Shown: positions 39,058 to 48,754, counted from the stretch's first letter. The stretch is DNA of 64,000 nt from Bryobacterales bacterium (GCA_965226435.1 CBDDCY010000012.1:553138-617137), one strand, 5' to 3'. Notes: generated by a model from the sequence alone, not told the origin. Program-made: numbers and translations.

Positions 39058-40113
39058 TTGCATTGCTTGCAACAAGTTAGCGCGCCGGACGCCCCCTTGG
39101 TCTCGGTCATCGTCGTCAATTGCAGCCGCCGTGATCTACTCGATGATTGCCTGGGCTCGTTGCAATGTCAGTACTACCAGCCGTTCGAAGTGATCGTCGT
39201 GGATAACGGCTCGACCGACGGCTCGACCACCCTGTTAAAGGACTTTCCGCTTTCGAGTCTTCAAACCATTGAAAATAAAACGAATGTCGGCTTCTGCGTG
39301 GCCAACAACCAAGCTCTGACTTTGTGCCGCGGAACCTACGTCGCCCTGCTCAACAACGACGCCGTAGCCGACCCGGCGTGGCTCGGCGAACTGGTCAAGA
39401 CCCTAGAAGATCGGCCCGAATTCGGCATGGCCGCGTCGAAAGTACTGGCGTATGACTCGCCCGACGTGATTGACAAATCGGGCCACCTGATCTATCTCGA
39501 CGGTCAGAATCGCGGCCGAGGGTCCGGCGAAATCGACCGCGGACAGTACGACCACGTCGAGGAAATCGCCTGGCCCGACGGCTGCGCGGCCTTCTATCGC
39601 CGCTCTCTTTTGGAACAACTCGGAGGCTTCGACGAAGACTTCTTCGCCTACGCCGACGACGCCGAGCTGGGCTTGCGCGCCCGCATCGCGGGTTGGCGTT
39701 GCCTGTCCGTCCCGACCGCCGTCGTTCGACATCGCCTGGGAGCGACTCTCGGACGCCATTCCGAGCAACGCCTGTTTCTCATCGAGCGCAATCGAATTTG
39801 GTTGGCGGTGAAGTTGTTCCCTCTACGCCTGCTGATCCTCAACCCGCTCTACACGGCGGCCCGCTTCCTCGCCATGGCGGCGGCCTGGGCGGGGGGCCGC
39901 GGCGAGATCTCGCGCGCCGTCTCGTCGACTTCGCCGGCGCGACTGCTACAATGCCTCGTCAGGGCGCATTGGGCGGCGCTGCGGGGGCTTCCAACGATGC
40001 TGAGAAAGCGTCGAGAAACTCGAAGCCACCGTAAGCTGTCCGCTTCGGAAACCGCCCGCATGATTCGGCGTTTTCGAATCCCCCTCGCCGACCTCGTTGG
40101 GAAGGCTCGATAA
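39058..40113 (+). CDS. GT2-family glycosyltransferase
   Basis: VSVIVVNCSRRDLLDDCLGSL...VIVVDNGSTDGS, then LLNNDA and a DxD-like YADDAEL. The start is 29 nt from the IS right end. Confidence 0.8.
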   Translation: MHCLQQVSAPDAPLVSVIVVNCSRRDLLDDCLGSLQCQYYQPFEVIVVDNGSTDGSTTLLKDFPLSSLQTIENKTNVGFCVANNQALTLCRGTYVALLNNDAVADPAWLGELVKTLEDRPEFGMAASKVLAYDSPDVIDKSGHLIYLDGQNRGRGSGEIDRGQYDHVEEIAWPDGCAAFYRRSLLEQLGGFDEDFFAYADDAELGLRARIAGWRCLSVPTAVVRHRLGATLGRHSEQRLFLIERNRIWLAVKLFPLRLLILNPLYTAARFLAMAAAWAGGRGEISRAVSSTSPARLLQCLVRAHWAALRGLPTMLRKRRETRSHRKLSASETARMIRRFRIPLADLVGKAR

Positions 40114-41079
40114 GTGTACGACCCGTCGCCGGACACAGGTTTCGCGTGTCCCCGCTGCGAAAGTCAGTCCTACGTCATCTTGTTGCAGGACTCCGACGCG
40201 CTCTACCGCACGACCCGCAAAACATTTTCGGTGATCGAGTGCGCCGGCTGCGCTCTGATTCGGCTGTTTCCCCAACCCACGCTCTCCGAACTCGCGTCCT
40301 TCTACCCCGATGAATATTGGTGGCAAGCCGACGATTCACCGGCCGGCCGGCTGACGGAAGCGTACCGCCGCTTCGTCATGTGGGACCACGTTCACTTCAT
40401 TGCCGCTTCCGCGATGCCGCCGGGGCCGATTCTTGATGTCGGCTCGGGCGGCGGGTCGCTGGTGGCGGCGTTGCGGCGCCGCGGCTTGCGCGCGGCCGGA
40501 CTAGATGTCTCGCCGCGAGCCGCCAAGATTACCGGCGCGTCCGGAGCACCGGCGGTTTGCGCATCCCTTCCCGACGCCCCCATCGCGGCCGGGTCGCTTG
40601 CCGCGGTGTCGCTGTTGCACGTCCTCGAACACGTACCCGATCCGGTGGAGTTTCTCTTGGCGGCGCGGCAACTTCTGCAGCCCGGCGGCAGACTCTTCGT
40701 CCAAGTCCCCAATGCGGCGTCGTGGCAATTCCTGTTGCTGGGCCGACGCTGGAGCGCGCTCGATATCCCTCGCCATCTCTTCCACTTCCGAGCAGACGAC
40801 TTGGAAGATCTGCTCGCCGGGTGCGGTTTCCGCGTTGTGCGCCGCAAGTATTTTTCGTTGCGCGATAATCCGGCTGCTCTAGCTACGAGCCTATTCCCTG
40901 GTTGGGAACCCGTCGTTCGCCGCGTCCGAAAGGTGAGGGAGCCGGCGTTGGTCGGCACCTTCAAGAGCCTCCTCTATTTCGGGCTGGTTGTCCTTTCGCT
41001 GCCTTTCGCGCTTTGGGAATCCGCCGCCAAGGCCGGCTCGACTATCTTCGTGGAGGCCGCCTTGGTTGAGGACGAATAG
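40114..41079 (+). CDS. Class I SAM-dependent methyltransferase with an N-terminal zinc-ribbon
   Basis: CPRCES...CAGCAL, the SAM motif ILDVGSGGGS, and LLQPGGRLFVQVPN. The GTG start abuts the upstream stop. Confidence 0.7.
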   Translation: MYDPSPDTGFACPRCESQSYVILLQDSDALYRTTRKTFSVIECAGCALIRLFPQPTLSELASFYPDEYWWQADDSPAGRLTEAYRRFVMWDHVHFIAASAMPPGPILDVGSGGGSLVAALRRRGLRAAGLDVSPRAAKITGASGAPAVCASLPDAPIAAGSLAAVSLLHVLEHVPDPVEFLLAARQLLQPGGRLFVQVPNAASWQFLLLGRRWSALDIPRHLFHFRADDLEDLLAGCGFRVVRRKYFSLRDNPAALATSLFPGWEPVVRRVRKVREPALVGTFKSLLYFGLVVLSLPFALWESAAKAGSTIFVEAALVEDE

Positions 41080-41777
41080 TGTCCCCCGCGCGCCTGCTCC
41101 GAATCCTGCCCGCTTTCCTCGCTCGACGTTTGCTGACCGTCGAGTCCCGGATCGATAACGCGGTCGAGACGTTCGCCGCCTCCCTCCCTTCGCGTGCAAC
41201 GGTTCTCGACGCGGGTTGCGGGCAAGCCGCCTACCGCGGCCGTTTCGACAGTTGCGCGTACATCGGCGTCGACCATGCGCTCGGTGATCCGAGTTGGGAC
41301 TATTCCGGGATCGACGCCCGGGCCAACTTGGCGGCGCTGCCGTTCAAGGACGCTTCCTTTGAAGCCGCGCTCAACATCGTCGTACTCGAGCATGCGGCCG
41401 ACCCCGCGCGGGTGCTGCGTGAAATCGCCCGGGTCCTCGAGCCCGGCGGCCGTCTGCTGCTGGTTGTTCCACAACAATGGGAAGTGCATCAGGCGCCCCA
41501 CGACTATTTTCGATTCACCCGGTTCGGGCTCGAAAGCCTGCTTGGGCAAGCCGGTTTCGCCGCGCCCCGTATCGAACCACTGGGAGGCTTTTTCACACTG
41601 GCCGCCCGACGCTGCCTCAATGCCACGACGTTTTTCATGCGGGGGTTCGGTTGGATCCTTTTCCCTTTCGTCGCGGCGGCGGCAACGGTATTGGCCCTGG
41701 TGCTGCCGTTCTTCGACCGTCTGGATCGCGAGAAGAACTTTACACTGGGTTATCTATGCCGCGTCGAAAAGTTGTAA
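41079..41777 (+). CDS. Class I SAM-dependent methyltransferase
   Basis: SAM motif VLDAGCGQAAY, then VLEHAADP and LEPGGRLLLVVP. The GTG start overlaps the upstream stop by 1 nt. Confidence 0.7.
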   Translation: MSPARLLRILPAFLARRLLTVESRIDNAVETFAASLPSRATVLDAGCGQAAYRGRFDSCAYIGVDHALGDPSWDYSGIDARANLAALPFKDASFEAALNIVVLEHAADPARVLREIARVLEPGGRLLLVVPQQWEVHQAPHDYFRFTRFGLESLLGQAGFAAPRIEPLGGFFTLAARRCLNATTFFMRGFGWILFPFVAAAATVLALVLPFFDRLDREKNFTLGYLCRVEKL

Positions 41778-42760
41778 TCGCCGGACTGCTTCTTGCCGCA
41801 TGGCCTTTCGGGGCCGGCTCTCGGGAAGCGGTCGTCCCGGCGCCGTTTCCGGAAGCAGGCCGCCGCGCTCTTGAGTGGACCCGGCGGGTCGTCGAGCTGG
41901 GTCCGCGGCCGCCGGGGTCCCCCGCTCACCAACAGCAGAAGCAACTCATCACCGGCGCTGTTCGACCGCTCGTCGAGGCTTCCGGCGGCTCGCTCCACTT
42001 TCTTAATTTCACGGCCGAAACACCAAAAGGCCCGGTCCCAATGAGCAACATCATCGCCAGGTTCCCGGGAACTTCCGAGCGGACCGTTGTTGTCTCGGGG
42101 CATTACGACACCTATCATCGCGACGGCCTCCGCTTCGTGGGAGCCAACGACGGCGGCTCCTCCACCGGGTTTTTATTGGCTCTGGCCGAGCTATTGGCCG
42201 CCGAAGCAAAGGGGAAAGCGGGCGCCGCGGAACCCATCGATGCAACCGACTCCCCATCCAATCCCCAAAAAACACCAGCACCGCGCAAGCGCCGTAACAG
42301 CATCTGGCTCGTGTTTTTCGACGGCGAGGAATCCTTCGTTCGCTGGAGCGACGCCGACGGCACCTACGGCAGTCGACAATTAGCGGCAACCTGGGTGCGG
42401 GACGGAACGGCGGCCCGCATCCAAGCCTTCATCAACGTCGATATGATCGGCGACCGTGACTTGCGAATTCTACCGGAAGGCGGCTCAACGTCTTGGCTGC
42501 GGCAGTTGATTTGGCAAGCCGCCGCGCGGCTTGGGCACGGCGCGATGTTCCCTTCGCGGCCGCTTCGTTACGTGGCCGACGACCATATTCCCTTCGTCGA
42601 AGCCGGCATCCCCGCCGCCGACCTCATCGATTTTAGGTACGGCCCGGCCAATCGCTACTGGCATACCGAAGAAGACACTCTCGACAAACTCAGCGCCCAA
42701 AGCTTCGCCATCGTGATGCACGTCGTCGTTCAGACGCTCGCGGAATTGGAAATGCGCTGA
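41756..42760 (+). CDS. M28-family metallopeptidase/glutaminyl-cyclase-like, secreted
   Basis: Signal peptide MPRRKVVIAGLLLAAWPFGAGS. Motifs VVVSGHYDT, GANDGGSSTG, FFDGEE and DHIPFVEAGIPA. Confidence 0.75.
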   Translation: MPRRKVVIAGLLLAAWPFGAGSREAVVPAPFPEAGRRALEWTRRVVELGPRPPGSPAHQQQKQLITGAVRPLVEASGGSLHFLNFTAETPKGPVPMSNIIARFPGTSERTVVVSGHYDTYHRDGLRFVGANDGGSSTGFLLALAELLAAEAKGKAGAAEPIDATDSPSNPQKTPAPRKRRNSIWLVFFDGEESFVRWSDADGTYGSRQLAATWVRDGTAARIQAFINVDMIGDRDLRILPEGGSTSWLRQLIWQAAARLGHGAMFPSRPLRYVADDHIPFVEAGIPAADLIDFRYGPANRYWHTEEDTLDKLSAQSFAIVMHVVVQTLAELEMR

Positions 42761-42856
42761 CTCTGTGAAGCGCCCGCGAGTACTCTAATCCGAACAGTCC
42801 CCGCTCACGTCTCGTGCGAGGGTGCGACGCACATACGCGGGTGTGACACGATCGTG

Positions 42857-42954
42857 AGCCCGCTTCAGCGGGCTTGCCACTTCATCTAGGCCGGCCGTTT
42901 TACGGCCGGTGGAAAAACACCAGCCGACCACCCGTCAGCCCGTTTCAACGGGCT
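42857..42954 (-). repeat. REP-like three-hairpin element (copy B), between convergent genes
   Basis: Hairpins agcccgcTTCAgcgggct (42857-42874), ccggccgTTTTAcggccgg (42891-42909) and agcccgtTTCAacgggct (42937-42954). It aligns with the reverse complement of 27208-27301. Confidence 0.75.
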
Positions 42955-43040
42955 TCCCACTCCCTCGCCGCGCCGCCTTTCATCCTCACCGGGAACCGCG
43001 TGATAGCGCGTGTCCGGCCCCGCGCCTGCAAACCAAAACA

Positions 43041-44225
43041 TCACACCGCTTCGCCCGTCCAGGCCTCGAACTCCTCAATCGCCCCCACCAGAGGGCAGAG
43101 ATACTCCTCGAAAGCCGGCGCAATCCTTTCCTCGCTAAACGGCGCCCACTCCGGCGGCATCGTTCGCTCCACGCCCGCCACTTCGTCCAGCCCAACCAAC
43201 TCGACGCCGCACCGATACGCCCCGCCCGCTTCACGCCGCAACCCGACCATCACCGCCTTCCGCCCCTCCGCGGCGGCATCGACCGCGGCGCGTCCCAACA
43301 GGGCGGACTCCTCGAAATCGATCTCCGACGCCGCCATGGAAAACGAGCGCCCCACCAGACCCGGCCGTTCCGCGCGGGCGCGCAACCCCGTCTCGGAGGC
43401 AACCCGCCGCGCCAGCGTATCGGCCAGGTTGCGGGCCAACTCATGATGTCGGTCCCCGGCCCGATCCAATTCCGCTCCAAACGGCTCGCCCCGCGCATCC
43501 CGCAAGCCTTCGCACACCGCGATCACGCAACGGCCGCGCCTCTCAACCGAGGTCCGCGCTGCTGCGACGATCTCCCGCAACTCCGGCGGCCTCTCCGGAA
43601 CGTAGATCAGATGCGGCGCTCCGGCGGCGCTCTTTCGCGCAAGTGCCGTCGCGGCCGTTACCCAGCCGACATTACGGCCGATAATTTCGACAACAGTGAT
43701 CGGCGAAGGCAGTGAGCGGTTGTCCTCTCCGACATCCCGCAGCGCATTCGCATAAAAGCGCGCCGCTGAAGCAAACCCCGGCGTATGGTCCGTGCCCGCG
43801 ACATCGTTATCGACGGTGTTGGGAATGCCAACGACCAGCAGCTCGGGGTGACCCTCGACGGCAACCTCGGCCAATCGCCGGGCCGTGCCCATCGAGCCGT
43901 TGCCGCCGGTGTAGACGACACAGTCCACACCCCGTTCGGCAAGCAGCGCGACCGCTCGGTCGGCCTCCACCGACCCGATAGCCCGGCGACTCGAACCAAT
44001 CGCCGACCCCGGCGCTCGTCGAATCGCTTCAACGCGTTCCCGCGGCACCTCACCAAGGTCGATCCAGTCGCCGCTCAGCAAGCCCTCGGGACCGTGGCGG
44101 GCGCCGTACAGCCGCGCCCCGGGAAACAGTTCCCGCCAACGTTCGATCACTCCGACCAGCGACGCGTTCAGGCAAACGCTCGGCCCGCCGCTGTGAACAA
44201 CGAGGGCGGAGCGAAGACCGGCCAT
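43041..44225 (-). CDS. 6-phosphofructokinase family enzyme (ATP- or PPi-dependent, not resolved)
   Basis: PFK family motifs: HSGGPSVCLNAS, YTGGNGSMGTA, GIPNTVDNDV, TDHTPGFASAA. Confidence 0.75.
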   Translation of the reverse strand: MAGLRSALVVHSGGPSVCLNASLVGVIERWRELFPGARLYGARHGPEGLLSGDWIDLGEVPRERVEAIRRAPGSAIGSSRRAIGSVEADRAVALLAERGVDCVVYTGGNGSMGTARRLAEVAVEGHPELLVVGIPNTVDNDVAGTDHTPGFASAARFYANALRDVGEDNRSLPSPITVVEIIGRNVGWVTAATALARKSAAGAPHLIYVPERPPELREIVAAARTSVERRGRCVIAVCEGLRDARGEPFGAELDRAGDRHHELARNLADTLARRVASETGLRARAERPGLVGRSFSMAASEIDFEESALLGRAAVDAAAEGRKAVMVGLRREAGGAYRCGVELVGLDEVAGVERTMPPEWAPFSEERIAPAFEEYLCPLVGAIEEFEAWTGEAV

Positions 44226-44238
44226 TCAGCTTTTCCCC

Positions 44239-45534
44239 TCACGCATTCCTGGCTTCATCAACCTCTTCGGGCCTAACCAACAGCAGCAGAAACAGCGGCA
44301 GGATCACCGCCACGCCCGCGAACGCGAATGTCAGCTCATAGGAGAAACCAAGATCCTCCCGCAGCAGCCCCACCATCCAATTACCCGCCACATGGCCGAT
44401 ATTCGCCGTGGTCAGGTAGATCGTGAACATCGTCGCCGCCGCCTTCGTCCAGGAAAGGCGCATCGACATCGCCAAGAAACCCACCGACCCCACCGCGAGA
44501 AGTCCGGGGTTTAAGAACAGATAACCCGTTGCGAACCAGCTCTCGCCCCAACGGCCCGCAAACGCGGCGAAGATGAGCGCCAGCAACCCGTAACCGCCCA
44601 GGCCGACCGCCATCACCTTCCTGCGGGAGAAATGGTCGGCGAAATGTCCGCCCACCAGCGCCCCGAACATTTCGACAAAAACAGCCATTCCCGCCACTTG
44701 AGAAACCTCGACAAAACTCCACCCGAGTTGCTGCGTGTAAAGCGTCTTCGTCGCGACCTCGACAATGCCCCAGGCAACCAAGGCAATCACGCCGAAGACA
44801 AAGAACACCGACGTCGTCACCATCGCAAACGCTCGCCGCAAGTCGCCGATCACCTCGCCCAGCCCGCGCAGACCGGCAACGTCATCGCGGGCGCCCGGCG
44901 CCCCCGCGGCGCCCCGCGCACGGCTCCACGGCAACCGCCGTTCACCGGGCCTCTCGAGAAGCATCAACGGGAAAAGCATGATCAGCAACAACGTCACGAA
45001 CTGAATGAAGACCGCCGACGGCAGCCCCCAAGCGTCGATCACCATCGCCAAACCGGCCCCGCCAATTCCCTTCCCCACCAGCTTCGAACCCCACATCAGC
45101 CCATTCGCCCGACCTTGCTCGCCGGGCGGCAGCACGTCGAGCGCGAGAGCGTCCGTTGCAACGTCTTGCAACGAAGCGAAGCAATTGTGAATGAAGAACA
45201 TCCACCCCAGCAGCCTGAGGTTGTCTGTCAGATCACCCATCGTGAGCAAGCCCAACAGCGAGACGGCCATCAGAAACTCCGCCAAGATGATCCACGGACG
45301 CCGTCTCCCCATCGACGGAATCGCCATCGTGTCGATCAACGGCCCCCAGACAATCTTGAATGTCCAGGGCAAAAGAACCAAAGCCGTGAGTTCCCCCGCC
45401 TGAGCATCCCCAACGCCGCGATCAGTCAGATAGCTGATCAGCGCGATCGTCATGAAACCCCAGGGGACCCCCTGGGCGACGTAGAGGGCGCAAAGAAGGG
45501 TTATGCGTTGCTTGCGATTATCGACGAGGGCCAT
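44239..45534 (-). CDS. MFS transporter (AmpG/muropeptide permease-like)
   Basis: 431 aa with about 12 TM helices. The AmpG-like N-terminus reads LLCALYVAQGVPWGFMTIALISYL...GRRRPWI. Confidence 0.65.
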   Translation of the reverse strand: MALVDNRKQRITLLCALYVAQGVPWGFMTIALISYLTDRGVGDAQAGELTALVLLPWTFKIVWGPLIDTMAIPSMGRRRPWIILAEFLMAVSLLGLLTMGDLTDNLRLLGWMFFIHNCFASLQDVATDALALDVLPPGEQGRANGLMWGSKLVGKGIGGAGLAMVIDAWGLPSAVFIQFVTLLLIMLFPLMLLERPGERRLPWSRARGAAGAPGARDDVAGLRGLGEVIGDLRRAFAMVTTSVFFVFGVIALVAWGIVEVATKTLYTQQLGWSFVEVSQVAGMAVFVEMFGALVGGHFADHFSRRKVMAVGLGGYGLLALIFAAFAGRWGESWFATGYLFLNPGLLAVGSVGFLAMSMRLSWTKAAATMFTIYLTTANIGHVAGNWMVGLLREDLGFSYELTFAFAGVAVILPLFLLLLVRPEEVDEARNA

Positions 45535-45866
45535 GGCAATCCGCTAGAGTGTTGCACATTCCGAGGCGAAACCGACCTCGCCGACACCACACTCCTGTTC
45601 GGCCGCCGCCGACCAGGAGCAATGAAACGACGGGCCAGTGGAGCCACCGGCCGCGCCGGCTCATCCAGGCAAGAAACTTGGCGGCACGATTGAATTTCAA
45701 ACAGCCACGTCCCCGGTAGCGACCGGCACTCTTGCCGGTCCTAGGCACGGGTCATACCCGCGGCGAAGTCTTGGTGATCGGGGAGGCTGTTGCAGGCGCC
45801 CAGAGGGCGGACCGCCGCGACGATGAGAAAGAGGCGCATCCACGGAGTCCGATTCCCTGACGGCGC

Positions 45867-46232
45867 CTACTCAATATCCTGACCGAAGACGATGCGATGA
45901 CCCTCGGGTGTAACGATTCCGAACTCGCGCAGCCCCCAGGGCTTGTCTCGCACAGGCTGCGTAAACGTGGCGCCGCTCGATTGGTATTCGTCGTAGAGCG
46001 CATCGACGTCATCGACGATCACTTGCGCGAAATACGAGTGATTGTTGGTCTCCGCGGCCGGCACGTCGAGGGGGCATTCTCCCAGCATCACACTGAACTC
46101 GCCCCGAGAGAGAAACTCCCAACCCTCGACCGAAAAATCGCGCGAGAAACGGCGAACATTCATAAAGTGCTCGGCCGAACTCTTGAGGTCTTTGACGGCC
46201 GGAACGTGTCTAGTTTCCTTGAATCGTGACAT
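45867..46232 (-). CDS. VOC/glyoxalase-bleomycin resistance family protein
   Basis: 121 aa, with the C-terminal region DKPWGLREFGIVTPEGHRIVFGQ typical of bleomycin-resistance-like VOC proteins. Confidence 0.7.
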   Translation of the reverse strand: MSRFKETRHVPAVKDLKSSAEHFMNVRRFSRDFSVEGWEFLSRGEFSVMLGECPLDVPAAETNNHSYFAQVIVDDVDALYDEYQSSGATFTQPVRDKPWGLREFGIVTPEGHRIVFGQDIE

Positions 46233-46312
46233 AGCTTAAGTGAGGGCGAGCTGTTTCTGACCTGAAACTCCAAATCGGATTCAATTTTGAACCCCCCGAG
46301 CCGCGCCTCCTC

Positions 46313-46421
46313 GGGGCTGTGAAAAATTGGGGACTGTACCGAGCGCCGACCGAATCAGTTCCATCAAATCAACAATTTCCCCTGGCGCGAAGTGGACTGT
46401 CCCCCATTTTTTCACAGCCCC
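46313..46421 (+). repeat. MITE-like palindromic repeat, copy 2
   Basis: ggggctgtgaaaaattggggactgt...ggactgtcccccattttttcacagcccc, flanked by CTC on both sides. Confidence 0.85.
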
Positions 46422-46663
46422 CTCGCGGCGCGGCCCCCTCCCGAGCCGCTCGCCCGGTTTCTCGTTTCAACGAGCCGGCGCGGCCTTTGGCCCCACTAGT
46501 ACTTAGACCACCTGAAAAGACACCTTTCCGCGACCTTGTTGAGAAGGCTTCGATCCGCCATTGCGGAGGAAACCACTGCCAACCAGAGCCGCATCGCCAC
46601 GCGATGCGGTCACTCAGGAATGGTGCTTTGCAGCCAAACAAACTTTTTCACGCGGTCGTGGCA

Positions 46664-47101
46664 CTAGCCGGCTTCGGACAATGAAGCTAAAGCCGACAAC
46701 CACCACACCAGGGTGCCGCCGTAGAGCAAACGGATCGCCACCCCCGAGCGCAATACACGACTCTCGGGGCGCTCGAGATAGGAATGAAAGTGCAGAATGC
46801 GCTCGAGCGATTGAGCTCGCCGCGGCATATGAATGTACTGTTGGCCCGCGCGCACGTCCATCAACCAAAACAGAATGGTGACGAAACAACCGAAGGCCCG
46901 CGCCGTCAGCAGTCCCGTTTCCGAGACCGCCGCGCGGTGGTCGGATAAGTACGCCGGCAACCCGCCCATCACCACGAAAAAGATCAGAAGCTGCCCCAGA
47001 CGAAAACCCGAAAAATGCCGGATCGACGACAGCACGTGAGAGTATTCGACCGACGGCTCAAAGCGCTGTCCCGGGTCGACTTGGAGATCACTCACTACCA
47101 T
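46664..47101 (-). CDS. Hypothetical membrane protein
   Basis: 145 aa with 3-4 hydrophobic helices (LLIFFVVMGGLPAYL, FGCFVTILFWLM, LLYGGTLVWWLSALA). No recognised family. Confidence 0.45.
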   Translation of the reverse strand: MVVSDLQVDPGQRFEPSVEYSHVLSSIRHFSGFRLGQLLIFFVVMGGLPAYLSDHRAAVSETGLLTARAFGCFVTILFWLMDVRAGQQYIHMPRRAQSLERILHFHSYLERPESRVLRSGVAIRLLYGGTLVWWLSALASLSEAG

Positions 47102-47113
47102 CGGCCGAGGTTT

Positions 47114-48754
47114 TCACCCACTACCTTGAACTTGTTTCTCGCGCCCTTCCCAGTAAGGGTCTCTCAACACACGTTTGAGGATCTTGCCGGTAGCGCCCTT
47201 CGGCAACTCGTCGCGAAACTCGACGGTTTGGGGGACCTTGAATCCCGCCAGGTGCTCGCGCACGAACGAGCGAATGTCATCTTCGGAAGCCGTCTCGCCA
47301 GGTTTCAAAACCACAAAGGCCTTGGGAACTTCACCCCATTTATCGTCGGGGACGCCGACCACGGCGTTTTCGTAAATCGCCGAATGGGAAGCAAGCACGT
47401 TCTCGATTTCAACGGATGAGATGTTTTCGCCGCCGCTAACAATGATGTCCTTCTTGCGGTCCACGATGAGCAGGAAATTCTCGTCGTCCCAGACGGCCAT
47501 ATCGCCGGTGTGCAGCCAGTTGTCCACGACGGCTCGCGCGGTGGCCTCGGGTTCTTGCCAATAGCCGTCCATGACGACGTCGCCCCGGAAGAGGATTTCG
47601 CCGACGCTTTCGAGATCCTTGGGCACATCGGCGCCCGAGTCGTCGACGACGCGCGTCTCGACGCCGGGGATCGGATTTCCGGTCATGGCTTGACGACGCA
47701 AGCGCTCTTCATCGGAAAGTTCGCCCATTGTGCTTTTCGGGTGCGCCATGGCGGCCACCGGCGAAGTCTCGGTCAAGCCATACCCGGCGAAAGCACGGCA
47801 GCCGAATTTCTCTTCCACTTGGGCCATCAGGGTTGCCGAGGGCGCCGCGCCGCCGATCATAAGCTCCTCGAGACTGCTGAGGTCGTATTTGTCGAGGTCG
47901 GCGAAATGAATCATCGCGGTCGCCATCGTCGGGACCATCGAAAACGCCGTTGCACGCTCTTTCTCGACGAGTCGACAGACTTCCTCGGGATCGAAGCGCT
48001 TGACGATGATGTGCCTGCCTCCCGCGAAGGTGACGGTGTGGGGCCGTCCCCAGCCATTGGCGTGAAAAAGGGGGATGGTGTGTATTTCGCACATCTCGTC
48101 CGCCGCGATTCCGATCGCGCGGCGGCGGCCGGCCAGCAGCGTGTAGACGCAGTGCAGGTAGAGTGTGCGGTGCGACAGCATCACGCCCTTGGGCCGGCCG
48201 GTGCTGCCGCTGGTGTAAAACAGTTCGGCGATAGCAGTCTCGTCGTAGGTAGTGAAGTCGATCGGTTGCGGGTCGGCGGCGGCCAACAACTCTTCGTAGT
48301 TATTGGGGTGAACCCAGTCGGGGAGGCCCTCCGCGTCGCTGAGCGCGACCCAGATCAGGTCCGCGCGTTGTTCGTGCAACGCCGCGCAGAGATCGGCGAA
48401 CTCCGGATCGAACAGGACGATCTTCGACCCGGAATGATCCAGGATATAGGCTTGTTCCTCGACCGAAAGCCGCACGTTGAGCGACAGCAACACGCCGCGG
48501 GCGATCGGGACCCCGTAATAGGCTTCGAGCAATTGATGACAGTTGAAGCTGAGGGTTGCGACGCGCCCGCCGGGTTCGAGTCCGAGCGACTGCAAGGCAG
48601 CGCCCAAGCGGACGGCGCGGTCGAGAACTTCCTTGTACGTAAGCCGGCGGTCTCCATCGACAATGCCGACTTTGTTGCCGTATTCCTCGGCGGCGCGCAG
48701 CAGAAAACGTACCGGAGTGAGCGGAAGAATCATGGCGGAACTCAGCCTCCCCAA
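47114..48754 (-). CDS. AMP-dependent acyl-CoA synthetase/ligase (FadD-like)
   Basis: AMP-binding motif YTSGSTGRPKGV, plus GYGLTE, TGDMAV and SGGENISS. Confidence 0.85.
   Translation of the reverse strand: MGRLSSAMILPLTPVRFLLRAAEEYGNKVGIVDGDRRLTYKEVLDRAVRLGAALQSLGLEPGGRVATLSFNCHQLLEAYYGVPIARGVLLSLNVRLSVEEQAYILDHSGSKIVLFDPEFADLCAALHEQRADLIWVALSDAEGLPDWVHPNNYEELLAAADPQPIDFTTYDETAIAELFYTSGSTGRPKGVMLSHRTLYLHCVYTLLAGRRRAIGIAADEMCEIHTIPLFHANGWGRPHTVTFAGGRHIIVKRFDPEEVCRLVEKERATAFSMVPTMATAMIHFADLDKYDLSSLEELMIGGAAPSATLMAQVEEKFGCRAFAGYGLTETSPVAAMAHPKSTMGELSDEERLRRQAMTGNPIPGVETRVVDDSGADVPKDLESVGEILFRGDVVMDGYWQEPEATARAVVDNWLHTGDMAVWDDENFLLIVDRKKDIIVSGGENISSVEIENVLASHSAIYENAVVGVPDDKWGEVPKAFVVLKPGETASEDDIRSFVREHLAGFKVPQTVEFRDELPKGATGKILKRVLRDPYWEGREKQVQGSG

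Noticed and set aside
42874-43715. Plus-strand ORFs starting in the REP-like hairpin cluster and running antisense to the PFK gene.
   Set aside because: They begin inside the hairpin repeats and lie opposite a well-supported PFK gene with Pro/Arg-rich composition.
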